DNA of 64,000 nucleotides from positions 19,497-83,496 of the forward strand of contig BDTJ01000031.1 in the NCBI GenBank assembly GCA_002897655.1, read 5' to 3'. A model generated the notes under the pieces. The model was not told where the DNA came from. It made no database searches and saw nothing but the letters and a program-made list of their open reading frames with translations. This document shows, in pieces, positions 8,161-16,866 of this stretch. The stretch's first letter is position 1. Every line of letters starts with the position of its first letter. The translations under genes were made by a program, and so were the position numbers. The DNA comes from an archaeon BMS3Abin17 (GTDB lineage: Archaea; Nanobdellota; Nanobdellia; Pacearchaeales; GW2011-AR1).

Positions 8161-8346
8161 ATGGCCTTAATTGTTAAATCAAACATTAAGAAAGTTGTTA
8201 AAGAGCTTGATAAGGAAAATGCTGTCTCAAGTGTTGCAGAAGAAGTTGGAATGGCTTTAGATAGGAAGGTTGAAGAAATTTTGAGTGATGCAATTAAAAG
8301 AGCCAAGGATAACGGAAGAAGAACTCTGCAATCCAGAGACTTATAA
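8161..8346 (+). CDS. Small histone-fold-like protein (DUF1931-like)
   Basis: VAEEVGMALDRKVEEILSDAIKRAKDNGRRTLQSRDL resembles the alpha2-L2-alpha3 part of archaeal histones (AIKxAxHAGRKTvxxxDv). Confidence 0.4.
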   Translation: MALIVKSNIKKVVKELDKENAVSSVAEEVGMALDRKVEEILSDAIKRAKDNGRRTLQSRDL

Positions 8347-8439
8347 GTCTCTGTCTTTTCATCATGTATTTTAGAGCAAGAAGAAAATCAAGAGATTTGT
8401 AATCAAAAGTTTTATATTATCCATATTTATTAGTTCTTT

Positions 8440-8907
8440 ATGCCACATATTCACGAAAAAATTGATTTTACTGTAGAAGTGTTTATTGTTTATAATAATA
8501 AAGTTCTTTTAAGAAAACATGACAAGTATGATATATGGTTAAGTGTTGGAGGGCATATTGAATTAAATGAAAACCCAAATGAGGCAGCAATAAGGGAAGT
8601 TAAAGAAGAAGTTGGAATAGATATTGAGCTTTATAAAGAAAAAGACCAGCCATTATTTAAAAGAGATGATTACGGAGAGTTAATCCCCCCACAGTTCATG
8701 GATATATATAAAATAAATGACACTCATAAACATATAACTTTAGTCTATTTTGCAATATCATCTACAGATAAGATAATTCAGTCTACAAGAGAAGAAAGTG
8801 AAGAGTTAAAATGGTTTAGCTCAGAAGAACTTAAAGATGGAAAATTTGGGATTCGTGATGAAATAAGAAATTATGCACAAACTGCACTAAATAAACTTTC
8901 TAATTAA
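8440..8907 (+). CDS. NUDIX hydrolase
   Basis: Nudix box GGHIELNENPNEAAIREVKEEVGIDI (G-x5-E-x7-REUxEExGU). Confidence 0.85.
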   Translation: MPHIHEKIDFTVEVFIVYNNKVLLRKHDKYDIWLSVGGHIELNENPNEAAIREVKEEVGIDIELYKEKDQPLFKRDDYGELIPPQFMDIYKINDTHKHITLVYFAISSTDKIIQSTREESEELKWFSSEELKDGKFGIRDEIRNYAQTALNKLSN

Positions 8908-8959
8908 TTTTATAAATTCTTTCTGAGAAACAGAAAACTTTAAATAGTTATTTACTCAT

Positions 8960-9526
8960 ATGAGTAATATGTTATTCAATAGAAATGAGTTAAAAATACT
9001 AGAAGAATTTGGGGGAGATTATTCTAAGAAAAATTATGGGAGAGCAATTGCAAAGAAGCTTGGATTTAATCAAAAGACTGTATCAAGCATTTTAATTAAA
9101 CTTGAAAAAGAAAATATATTAAAATTTGAACAAGAGGGAAAGAATAAATATTATTTCTTCAATAAATTAAACCCAAACATTAAAGATGTAACAAAGATTA
9201 TAGAGTTAAATAAAAAGATAAAATTCCTAAATAAACATAGAAAAATAAAAGGTTTATTTGATGGACTTGAACAAAAAACAGATGGTGTATTAATAATCTT
9301 TGGTTCTTATGCCAAAAACCAAGAAAACAAAGATTCTGACTTGGATGTGTTTGTCATAGGAAACATTAAAGATAAAAAAGATTTAGAAGATATTTATAAT
9401 ATTAAAATTAATATAGTAAAAACAAAAAAAGAATATTCCAGAGAAAATGCCCTTTTCAAAGAGATTATGAAAGACCATATAATCCTTAAGGGGATAGAAG
9501 AATTTGTAAATTTGATAAAATGGTAA
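8960..9526 (+). CDS. Minimal nucleotidyltransferase (MNT) with an N-terminal winged-helix domain
   Basis: GSYAKNQENKDSDLDVFVIG matches the pol-beta NTase motif (GS-x9-12-D-x-D). N-terminal wHTH. 7-nt overlap with the downstream HEPN gene. Confidence 0.8.
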   Translation: MSNMLFNRNELKILEEFGGDYSKKNYGRAIAKKLGFNQKTVSSILIKLEKENILKFEQEGKNKYYFFNKLNPNIKDVTKIIELNKKIKFLNKHRKIKGLFDGLEQKTDGVLIIFGSYAKNQENKDSDLDVFVIGNIKDKKDLEDIYNIKINIVKTKKEYSRENALFKEIMKDHIILKGIEEFVNLIKW

Positions 9527-9990
9527 ATATGAACTGGTGTTTAAAGCAAAAGAAAGGAATAAGATTAGTTGAATCTAATGATAATCTTGCAAAAGCATAT
9601 ATTGAGATGTCTATTGATTCCATAAATGTCATGAACAATGAACGGAAAAAAAGTTTAAGATGGGCAGTATCTTCTTGTTATTATTCAATGTATTATTCTC
9701 TTTACGCTATTTTAATGAAAATTGGGATAAAATGCGAAATTCATTCCTGCACAATTAAATTTATGGAATCCTCTTTAAAAGATTTTTACTCTAAAGAAGA
9801 CATTAATATAATAAACAAAGCATTTGAATTGAGAAATATAATCCAGTATTATGCTGATAAACTAATAGATGAGAAAGATGCAGAATTAATCTTCAAATAT
9901 GCTCCAATCTTTTTTAATCATTCTAAAGAGATTTTATCAAGATTAAATCAGGATAAAATAAAAGAAATAAGAAAAGGAGTAACAGAATAA
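9520..9990 (+). CDS. HEPN-domain protein (partner of the MNT)
   Basis: All-helical 156 aa with gene-pair architecture. ELRNIIQYY sits where the R-x4-6-H motif is expected, with Tyr in place of His. Confidence 0.65.
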   Translation: MVNMNWCLKQKKGIRLVESNDNLAKAYIEMSIDSINVMNNERKKSLRWAVSSCYYSMYYSLYAILMKIGIKCEIHSCTIKFMESSLKDFYSKEDINIINKAFELRNIIQYYADKLIDEKDAELIFKYAPIFFNHSKEILSRLNQDKIKEIRKGVTE

Positions 9991-9992
9991 AA

Positions 9993-10685
9993 ATGGCAAT
10001 CAAAAAGATATTATTAATCCTCCTTTGTTTAACCTTAATCCAATCTATTTCTGCTTATACATATCTTAATATTTATGTTGAAGAAACAGGCGAGGCTTTA
10101 TTTTTAGGTGAGACAAACGAGCAATTAAGTTTGCCAGAAGGTGTTGAGATAAGTAAAGAAGAGGTTAAAGGAACAACACAAGAACTAACAAGCAAAACAG
10201 GAGAGGTTTGGAGTTTTTCATATTCCTTAAATGGTGCTGAACTTTATGTTATTCTGCCAAAAGGGGCTGTTATAAAAAATCTGAATAATGGGGAAATAAG
10301 CCTTGAAAAAGAGCAGTTCTCAATTTATGCAAAAGAAAGTGTTGAGGTTGAGTATACAATAGAGCCGGTAGGTGAAAGTTATCTTTATATTGCAATCATT
10401 GTTTTAATTGCCCTAATTATTTTTTATATTATTAAGAAAAAGAAAACCAAATCAAAAAAAGGAAATAATCCGGATAAAATAAAAATAGTTGAAGGATTGC
10501 TTAATGACCGGGAAAAATTAATTATTAGTGAAGTTAAAAAAGCAGGTAAAATAAAGAACTCTCAATTAAGAAAAAGGTGTGATATTCCAAAAGCATCTTT
10601 CTCAAGGCATTTGCAGGAATTAGAAAAAAAGAACCTGATAAAGAGAGATGGCGAGGGTAAAAATAAGATTGTTAGTTTGGGATAG
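9993..10685 (+). CDS. Membrane-anchored winged-helix transcription regulator with an extracellular N-terminal domain
   Basis: Signal peptide (LLILLCLTLIQSISA), TM segment (YLYIAIIVLIALIIFYII), then a C-terminal wHTH (NSQLRKRCDIPKASFSRHLQELEKKNLIKRDGEGKN). Confidence 0.7.
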   Translation: MAIKKILLILLCLTLIQSISAYTYLNIYVEETGEALFLGETNEQLSLPEGVEISKEEVKGTTQELTSKTGEVWSFSYSLNGAELYVILPKGAVIKNLNNGEISLEKEQFSIYAKESVEVEYTIEPVGESYLYIAIIVLIALIIFYIIKKKKTKSKKGNNPDKIKIVEGLLNDREKLIISEVKKAGKIKNSQLRKRCDIPKASFSRHLQELEKKNLIKRDGEGKNKIVSLG

Positions 10686-10739
10686 ATTAAGAAATTTAAA
10701 AAGGTATAATTTATTAAGGTGCTCTAAAGTATTCTCATT

Positions 10740-11320
10740 ATGACAAATCGCGGTTTGATTATTGGGGGAGTAAATCCAGTACATTATGGACATATTGCTT
10801 TAATAAAAACAGGATTAAATGAAGTAGATGAAATTGATTTTATGGTGGGAAATAAATCAATCTATGTTTTACCTTATGAGGTGAGAGTTAAAGCTCTAAA
10901 AACAGTTTTACATAATCTTGGATTTGAAAATAGTGTAAATGTACCCCTTTACCAAAAGGCATGGAGACAAGATTAAAAGATTATGATATTTTAAAATACT
11001 CAGCATTAATTTTAGGTTCAGATGTATTAAACCACTTTCATCCAAGTGAAAAAATTCACAGATCTCAGGATAAGGAATTTTTCTCAAAATTCACCAACCT
11101 CATTGTATTAGAACGAGAAGGTGCACTTATAAAAGAGGGAGTTAGAGATTATGTTTCACAGAGATGGAATATGAAGATTTATCCTCCTAAAACTCCAATT
11201 GCAGCAAGTGTGATAAGGCAGAATTATAGAGAAGGAAAAGAAGTAAGTCATATGATGCCTTGTTATGTGTGGGACCTGATTAAACCACATGCAAATCTAT
11301 TTCATACAACTTTTCATTAA
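10740..11320 (+). pseudogene. Nicotinate/nicotinamide-nucleotide adenylyltransferase-like gene split into two overlapping frames (10740..10976 and 10961..11320)
   Basis: The N-terminal piece has the GGVNPVHYGHIALI (H/T-x-G-H) motif. The C-terminal piece has ILGSDVLNHF and IAASVIRQNY (ISSTxIR-like). The frames change near 10960-10976. Confidence 0.6.
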
Positions 11321-11451
11321 AAATAGTCCCATTATCGTCCCAAAAATAGTTCCGTTTTAGTTCCAGGCAGTGCATATATAGAATTATTTCTAAGAAATAT
11401 TATGAAAAAACAAATGACTATAGAGATGAAAGGGGGTTTAAATAAACAGAA

Positions 11452-12387
11452 ATGAAAGGAACAATTTTAGTAATAACCTTGTTAATGGTTGGTCTTTTTG
11501 CAGGAGCACTTGCTTTAGCTGCTGATGATGACACAACTGCTAATGGAGACACTTCTATAAATGAAGCAAATGAAGATGATACCACAAGCTACGATAACTC
11601 TAATGGTGAAGAAGAAGCAGATGATGGTGGGACTGTGGATGTAGAAGATGTTGAAGTTGAAGGAATAGGCTCTGATGAGATAGAAGAAACTCTGGATGAC
11701 CTTGAAGGAGCAGATGGCGGCAAAAGAATTGGTTTTGTAAAAATCTGGAAGATAAAAGGCTGGTTGCATAATGATGAAGCAGGAACTTTAGTCAATGGCT
11801 TCTGGTTAAGCCACAGAGTTACAAGTGTTGATGAAGCGGGAGACTCCTCAGATGTTAGTGTTATCAAGGCTTTTGGAAAACTTCACATTATTGGTGCAGG
11901 TAATTATAGGCTTGTCAAAAAGCAGGATGCCAGTGGAGAGAATGGCACAATCAGTTTTTATGTAATTCCAATGAACAAAAAAAGGAATTATGCAGATAAT
12001 GAAGTTGCTTCTAATGATGCTGTTGGAGTACTTACTGTAAGCGTTGAGAAGGAGTATAAAGGCCTAACAACATGGGCTGGAGAGCTTATTTTTGATGAAG
12101 GCAGATATAAAGGGATATGGAATGTTGAGATTGGGACTACTGTAAAAACTATGAAGCCGAGACAGGCTGCTGCACTTGCTGACGCGCACAAAGCTGCAAG
12201 AATCAGTTTTTGGAAGAGAATTCAATTCTGGAAGAACTGGGAAGGAAACAAACCAGGAGATTCAGATGATAATGATGCAGATGAAAACCATGCAGAGCAG
12301 GCAGATAAACCATCATTACAAAGCAATGCAAAACATGCAAAAGCGAGGGGTCTAAGAGCAACAGGCGGAGCTATCTTCAACAGATAA
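11452..12387 (+). CDS. Secreted acidic protein (hypothetical)
   Basis: Signal peptide MKGTILVITLLMVGLFAGALALA followed by a D/E-rich low-complexity region. Confidence 0.6.
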   Translation: MKGTILVITLLMVGLFAGALALAADDDTTANGDTSINEANEDDTTSYDNSNGEEEADDGGTVDVEDVEVEGIGSDEIEETLDDLEGADGGKRIGFVKIWKIKGWLHNDEAGTLVNGFWLSHRVTSVDEAGDSSDVSVIKAFGKLHIIGAGNYRLVKKQDASGENGTISFYVIPMNKKRNYADNEVASNDAVGVLTVSVEKEYKGLTTWAGELIFDEGRYKGIWNVEIGTTVKTMKPRQAAALADAHKAARISFWKRIQFWKNWEGNKPGDSDDNDADENHAEQADKPSLQSNAKHAKARGLRATGGAIFNR

Positions 12388-12465
12388 AGATATTTTATTT
12401 TTTTATTTTTTATCTTTATTTTTAAGTGTAATAATCTTTATAAATAGTAAAATAACTCAAAAAGT

Positions 12466-13110
12466 ATGAGTAAAGAACAGTTAGAAAAAATATATCAAAA
12501 ACGTCATGCAGTATGGACTCTTAAAAATACCCCTTCAAGAGAATTGAGGAGCATTGTCAGTTGTGAAGTAGTAAATCCTTGCAGAGCTATTGATTTGGGT
12601 TGTGGAGAAGGTTATAATTCTATTTATCTTGCTTTAAATGGATTTGATGTGACAGGAGTTGATATATCTGAAAATGCTATTGCATATGCAAAAGAAAATG
12701 CAGGAGAACATGGGGTAAATATTGATTTTAGGTCGATAGATTTATTAGACAATTTAGATGAATTAGGAAAATTTGGATTTGGGTTTGAATGGGCTCTTTT
12801 ATCTCAGATAATGCCAGAAGAAAGAAAAAGATATATGAAAAATCTGGCTAAAATAATTAAAGAAGATGGTTTTTATTTTAGTTATTCTTTTAATATTAAA
12901 AGTGAGGGGTTTGGGGGTTCAAAAAAAGGTAAATATAGAACAGAAGGAGCAACAGGATTACCTGTATACTGCCCGCCTACTGAAGAAACTAGAGAGCTTA
13001 TTGAATCTACTGATTTTAAGATTAAGATGGTGGGAAAGGATATAAAATTCCGTGATAATAATGGAGTAATTCATAATGGGAATTATTTTCTCTCTAAAAG
13101 AACTAGATAA
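12466..13110 (+). CDS. Class I SAM-dependent methyltransferase
   Basis: Motif I AIDLGCGEGYNSIYLALNG and motif II DVTGVDISENAIAYA. Confidence 0.8.
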   Translation: MSKEQLEKIYQKRHAVWTLKNTPSRELRSIVSCEVVNPCRAIDLGCGEGYNSIYLALNGFDVTGVDISENAIAYAKENAGEHGVNIDFRSIDLLDNLDELGKFGFGFEWALLSQIMPEERKRYMKNLAKIIKEDGFYFSYSFNIKSEGFGGSKKGKYRTEGATGLPVYCPPTEETRELIESTDFKIKMVGKDIKFRDNNGVIHNGNYFLSKRTR

Positions 13111-13165
13111 TTATAAGGAGATATCTATTAATTAGTTTTATAAATTCTTTATTATTTGAATAATT

Positions 13166-13555
13166 ATGCCAGGAAACAAAGCAAAGGGTTCAAAAGCTGA
13201 AAGAGAATTATGTGAGATATTTATTGAGAATTCTTATAGGGCAGTTAGAGTTGCAGGAAGCGGGGTAATGGAAAATGCTGATTGCGACATAATCGCTGGA
13301 AAAAAAGGTAAAAAATATTGTATAGAGGCTAAATCAAGCAAAAAGCCAGTAAAATATATTACAAAAAAGCAAATAGAGGAATTTATTATTTTTTCTGAGA
13401 TATTTAAACTAACTCCTGTTATAGCACTTAGATTTAACAGAGAAGGCTGGCTTTTTGTCAAGCCTCAGCAATTAAGAGACTCAGGGAAAAACTTGGCCAT
13501 AACACTTGAAGAAGCAAAGAAAAAAGGCAAGAAATTCTCACAGTTCTTTGGATAA
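13166..13555 (+). CDS. hjc: Holliday junction resolvase Hjc
   Basis: GSKAERELCEIF...AVRVAGSG...CDIIAGKKGKKYCIEAKSSKK...VIALRF matches the archaeal Hjc nuclease motif (E-x-n-D-x-n-E-x-K). Confidence 0.88.
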   Translation: MPGNKAKGSKAERELCEIFIENSYRAVRVAGSGVMENADCDIIAGKKGKKYCIEAKSSKKPVKYITKKQIEEFIIFSEIFKLTPVIALRFNREGWLFVKPQQLRDSGKNLAITLEEAKKKGKKFSQFFG

Positions 13556-13599
13556 TCCATCACAATAATCTATAAAAGTTTGGTTGATTAAGATATTTT

Positions 13600-14328
13600 A
13601 TGATAAAAAGAGGGTTGCTCTTTATTAGCATGGTTTTGAGCTTATTTGTTCTTACAAGTATTTCTGCTGTAACAATAAATGAGGTTGAATTAAATCCTCC
13701 GGGAACAGATGCAGGAAGTGAATGGATTGAGTTTTATATTGATGGATTTACAAATCTTGAGAACTATTCAATAAAAAATAATGATGGTGGAGAAATATTT
13801 CTTAATGGCAACATTAATGGATATTATGTTTATGTATTAGAAAAGCAATGGCTTGACAATTCAGACGAAAAAATATTCTTGTATGAAAATGGGGTTTTAA
13901 TTGAGGATACAATTTTAATGGCGGATAATGAGAACAACAACCAAACATGGCAAGTATGTAATTCATGGAAATTTACTGATGAAACAAAAGGCAACGCAAA
14001 TGATTGTGAAGAAGAAAAAGAAGAGAAGATAGAAGATATTATAAAAGAGCAGGAAAGAGAGAAAGAAGAACAAGAATCAGCTGAAGAGATTAAAAAAGAA
14101 GACATTGAAGAAATTGAGGAGCAGGTGGAGGTTGTTGAAGAAGAAAAAGAGAGGGAGCCAATAATATTAAATCCCAAAGATATAAAAACAGGGGATTATA
14201 AGAAAAATTTAGATAAGAGTGAGTATGCAATAATTGGTTTTATTGTTTTTTGCATTTTACTTATTATCTTATTTATAATAAGCAGGAGAAAAAATGAGTC
14301 CAGACGAGAGAGAGACGAGGGGGATTAA
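13600..14328 (+). CDS. Lamin-tail-domain (LTD) surface protein with an acidic linker and a C-terminal TM anchor
   Basis: Signal peptide. INEVELNPPGTDAGSEWIEFY is an LTD signature. E/K-rich linker. TM segment YAIIGFIVFCILLIILFII. Confidence 0.7.
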   Translation: MIKRGLLFISMVLSLFVLTSISAVTINEVELNPPGTDAGSEWIEFYIDGFTNLENYSIKNNDGGEIFLNGNINGYYVYVLEKQWLDNSDEKIFLYENGVLIEDTILMADNENNNQTWQVCNSWKFTDETKGNANDCEEEKEEKIEDIIKEQEREKEEQESAEEIKKEDIEEIEEQVEVVEEEKEREPIILNPKDIKTGDYKKNLDKSEYAIIGFIVFCILLIILFIISRRKNESRRERDEGD

Positions 14329-14803
14329 AGCAGCATTAATAATAGAGGTAGTTGGAAGACCTCCTGAACACTTGATTGATACTCTTAAGACAATTATAAA
14401 AAGAATTGATGAAGAAAAAAATGTTGTTGTCAAGAGCAAAAAGATAAACGAGCCAAAATTAATGAAGGATAATAAAGACTTTTACACTAGTTTTGCAGAA
14501 ATTGAGGTGGAGGTTGAAGAGATACTTTATCTTGCAGTATTAATGTTCAAATACATGCCTGCACATGTAGAAGTTATAGAGCCTGAATTAATTGCACTAA
14601 CAAACAACGGGTGGAATGATATATTTAATGAAATCACAAGAAGGCTTCACGGATATGATGAGGTTGCAAAAATATTGCAGTTTGAAAGAGGGATTTTAGA
14701 AAAAAGATTCAGAGAGGCCTTAGGCGAGGAAAAATTCAAGGAGATACTAGAAGATAGAGCAAGTGTTAAGAAAGAAAAACCTAAAAAGAAAAAGAAGAAA
14801 TAA
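14294..14803 (+). CDS. Hypothetical protein (Lys-rich C-terminus)
   Basis: 169-aa ORF with good coding character. It overlaps the previous gene by 35 nt, so the true start may lie further downstream. Confidence 0.5.
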   Translation: MSPDERETRGIKAALIIEVVGRPPEHLIDTLKTIIKRIDEEKNVVVKSKKINEPKLMKDNKDFYTSFAEIEVEVEEILYLAVLMFKYMPAHVEVIEPELIALTNNGWNDIFNEITRRLHGYDEVAKILQFERGILEKRFREALGEEKFKEILEDRASVKKEKPKKKKKK

Positions 14804-16099
14804 TTATCTTCTTTTAGATAATAAGTTCAATAGATTATTAGTTCTTCTTGCACCAGTATATTTTGATTTAAAAAACCATAATAATAAGATTATAATCACA
14901 ATAATAATTGTCCAGCCTATTATCTTCCCTGTTGAGCCAGTCTTGATTTCTTCGCATCCTCCAAGGCAACAAACACCATCCTTTGCATTATAAGTTTCTT
15001 CATTGCACTTTTCATTATCAGAGCACATTTTACCCTTCATCTCTAAGCAAGTCTTTGAAGACTTTACAATAACATCATCCTCAGGAATATAATCCTCTAA
15101 AAAATCAAGAAATATTGATGAATAAGCATACATGCCTTCTGAAGTCTTTGCTTTTAATTGCCCTTCAATAATTCTTTCATCAGAATCTGAGAAAAAATAA
15201 ATTTCAATAGCTGTGCTTGAATCTTTTTCCAATAAATCAATCTCATCAATTGACAATTCTACATAAGGCTCTAATTGTTCTGAAACTGACAAGGTAATAT
15301 TTTCTAAATCAGCATCTCCTGTGTTTACCAGGTAAATTGTCTGAACCCCCTCTGAATTCATTGGCATTGAAATGTATAATTCTGGCAGGTCAAACTCATA
15401 ATCTTCTTCATCACCTTTATTCTTTTGGGTCTTATTAATCAAAATATAAGCTTGTACATCATAAGCTGTATTTCCTGTGCTTAACTTAATGCTCTTTACA
15501 GTTGACTCTGTCATGTTTATTAATTGGAAATCTATTTTTTCAATCTCTCCTGATTTAAGAGTTACAGATGTGCCTGATTGAATTGTCTCACCTCCAAAAA
15601 GAGATTCAAAAACCCCACTATTGCCTCCTGATACTGTTTCTGTATTTACATTGATTGTAATCTTAGAATCAACTAAGTTTTGAACAGTGATTGAAAAATC
15701 GCCATGGGTTATAAGAGAGCCTGGATTTACATTGAAGTCTGCTGTCTTATTTGTTATTGTGAAATTTTTCACAATATTCTCTGCAATAATCTGGGTCCCT
15801 TTCATGTATTTTGCATTTTCAATAGAAATTGAATAATTATTAGGCTCTTTATCTAAAAGCTGTGCGTAGATATAATATTCATCGTTTATTTTTAAGACAT
15901 CTGGATTCATCGGAACTCTTACATGCCCTCTGTAGAAAAAAATATTATCTTTTAGGACAGGCTCAACAAAATTTCCTGAAACCCTTGCCATGAAGGTTTC
16001 TCCCTGCATGAATTCTGCCTTCATGTCTACTTCAACAGCAAGTATTGTTGGTAAGATTAAGAACAAAACTGCAAAGATAACCATACCCCTCTTTATCAT
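14804..16099 (-). CDS. Surface protein with a Cys-rich membrane-proximal stalk and a C-terminal TM anchor
   Basis: Signal/anchor VIFAVLFLILPTILA. Beta-rich body. CLEMKGKMCSDNEKCNEETYNAKDGVCCLGGCEE followed by TM segment IIGWTIIIVIIILLLWFF. Confidence 0.7.
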   Translation of the reverse strand: MIKRGMVIFAVLFLILPTILAVEVDMKAEFMQGETFMARVSGNFVEPVLKDNIFFYRGHVRVPMNPDVLKINDEYYIYAQLLDKEPNNYSISIENAKYMKGTQIIAENIVKNFTITNKTADFNVNPGSLITHGDFSITVQNLVDSKITINVNTETVSGGNSGVFESLFGGETIQSGTSVTLKSGEIEKIDFQLINMTESTVKSIKLSTGNTAYDVQAYILINKTQKNKGDEEDYEFDLPELYISMPMNSEGVQTIYLVNTGDADLENITLSVSEQLEPYVELSIDEIDLLEKDSSTAIEIYFFSDSDERIIEGQLKAKTSEGMYAYSSIFLDFLEDYIPEDDVIVKSSKTCLEMKGKMCSDNEKCNEETYNAKDGVCCLGGCEEIKTGSTGKIIGWTIIIVIIILLLWFFKSKYTGARRTNNLLNLLSKRR

Positions 16100-16198
16100 A
16101 ATTATATTAAGAAAAATATACTTAATAAAGTTTATGAGATTTAAAAATTATCAAGATTCTCCGAATAATTTAAATAGAAATAAAATAAGTAATATATT

Positions 16199-16864
16199 AT
16201 GAAACTTAAAGTTCCAGTTTTAGAAGCAAAAAATAGACTTGGTTGTGGTCCGACTAGTCTGAGTATGATATTAAATTACTATAGGAAAAATTATTCAGAA
16301 AAGCAAGTCATAGATAACTTAGAGATTGGTCTTATAAAAAAAGAGGACTTAGGAGCAAGAGCAGTAGATCTTGCATTATTAGCCAAAAAATTTGGTTTTG
16401 ATGTTATTTGCTATTCATATAATATGGAATTATATAGGCCATCTTTTTCAAGATTATCTAAACCAGGACTTATTTCTGAGATAAAAAAACTCTTACAAAA
16501 GAAACATTCAGCATCAAATAAAGCGGTTCTAAAAACAACAATTAAGTTATTGGAAAATAATGCGGATTTTAAGATTAAGATGCCTTCAATAGATGATATA
16601 ATCAAGTTCTTGAAAAAGGGAATACCTGTTATACTCGCTGTTAATGCAAAAATTCTCTTTGAGGTTGAAAAATTACAAGGATTTCCCAAGATACCTAATA
16701 ATATGGGTCATTTTATAGTATTAACTGGATTTGTAGATGATATATTTTACTATAATTGCCCTTATTATGGAGAATCTAAGAAAATTTCAAAAGATAAATT
16801 ATTCTTTGCGCTATCAAACAATATTTTGGATTCCAGTGCATACTTAATTGCGGTTAAATCTTGA
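16199..16864 (+). CDS. Peptidase C39-like (papain-fold) cysteine peptidase domain protein
   Basis: NRLGCGPTSLSMILNYY (catalytic Cys context) and MGHFIVLTGF (His). No fused ABC transporter. Confidence 0.6.
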   Translation: MKLKVPVLEAKNRLGCGPTSLSMILNYYRKNYSEKQVIDNLEIGLIKKEDLGARAVDLALLAKKFGFDVICYSYNMELYRPSFSRLSKPGLISEIKKLLQKKHSASNKAVLKTTIKLLENNADFKIKMPSIDDIIKFLKKGIPVILAVNAKILFEVEKLQGFPKIPNNMGHFIVLTGFVDDIFYYNCPYYGESKKISKDKLFFALSNNILDSSAYLIAVKS

Positions 16865-16866
16865 AA

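Noticed and set aside
14763-14993. Track ORFs 14763..14993(+) and 16848..17060(+) at gene ends
   Set aside because: They overlap the 3' ends of well-supported convergent surface-protein genes and have no independent support.
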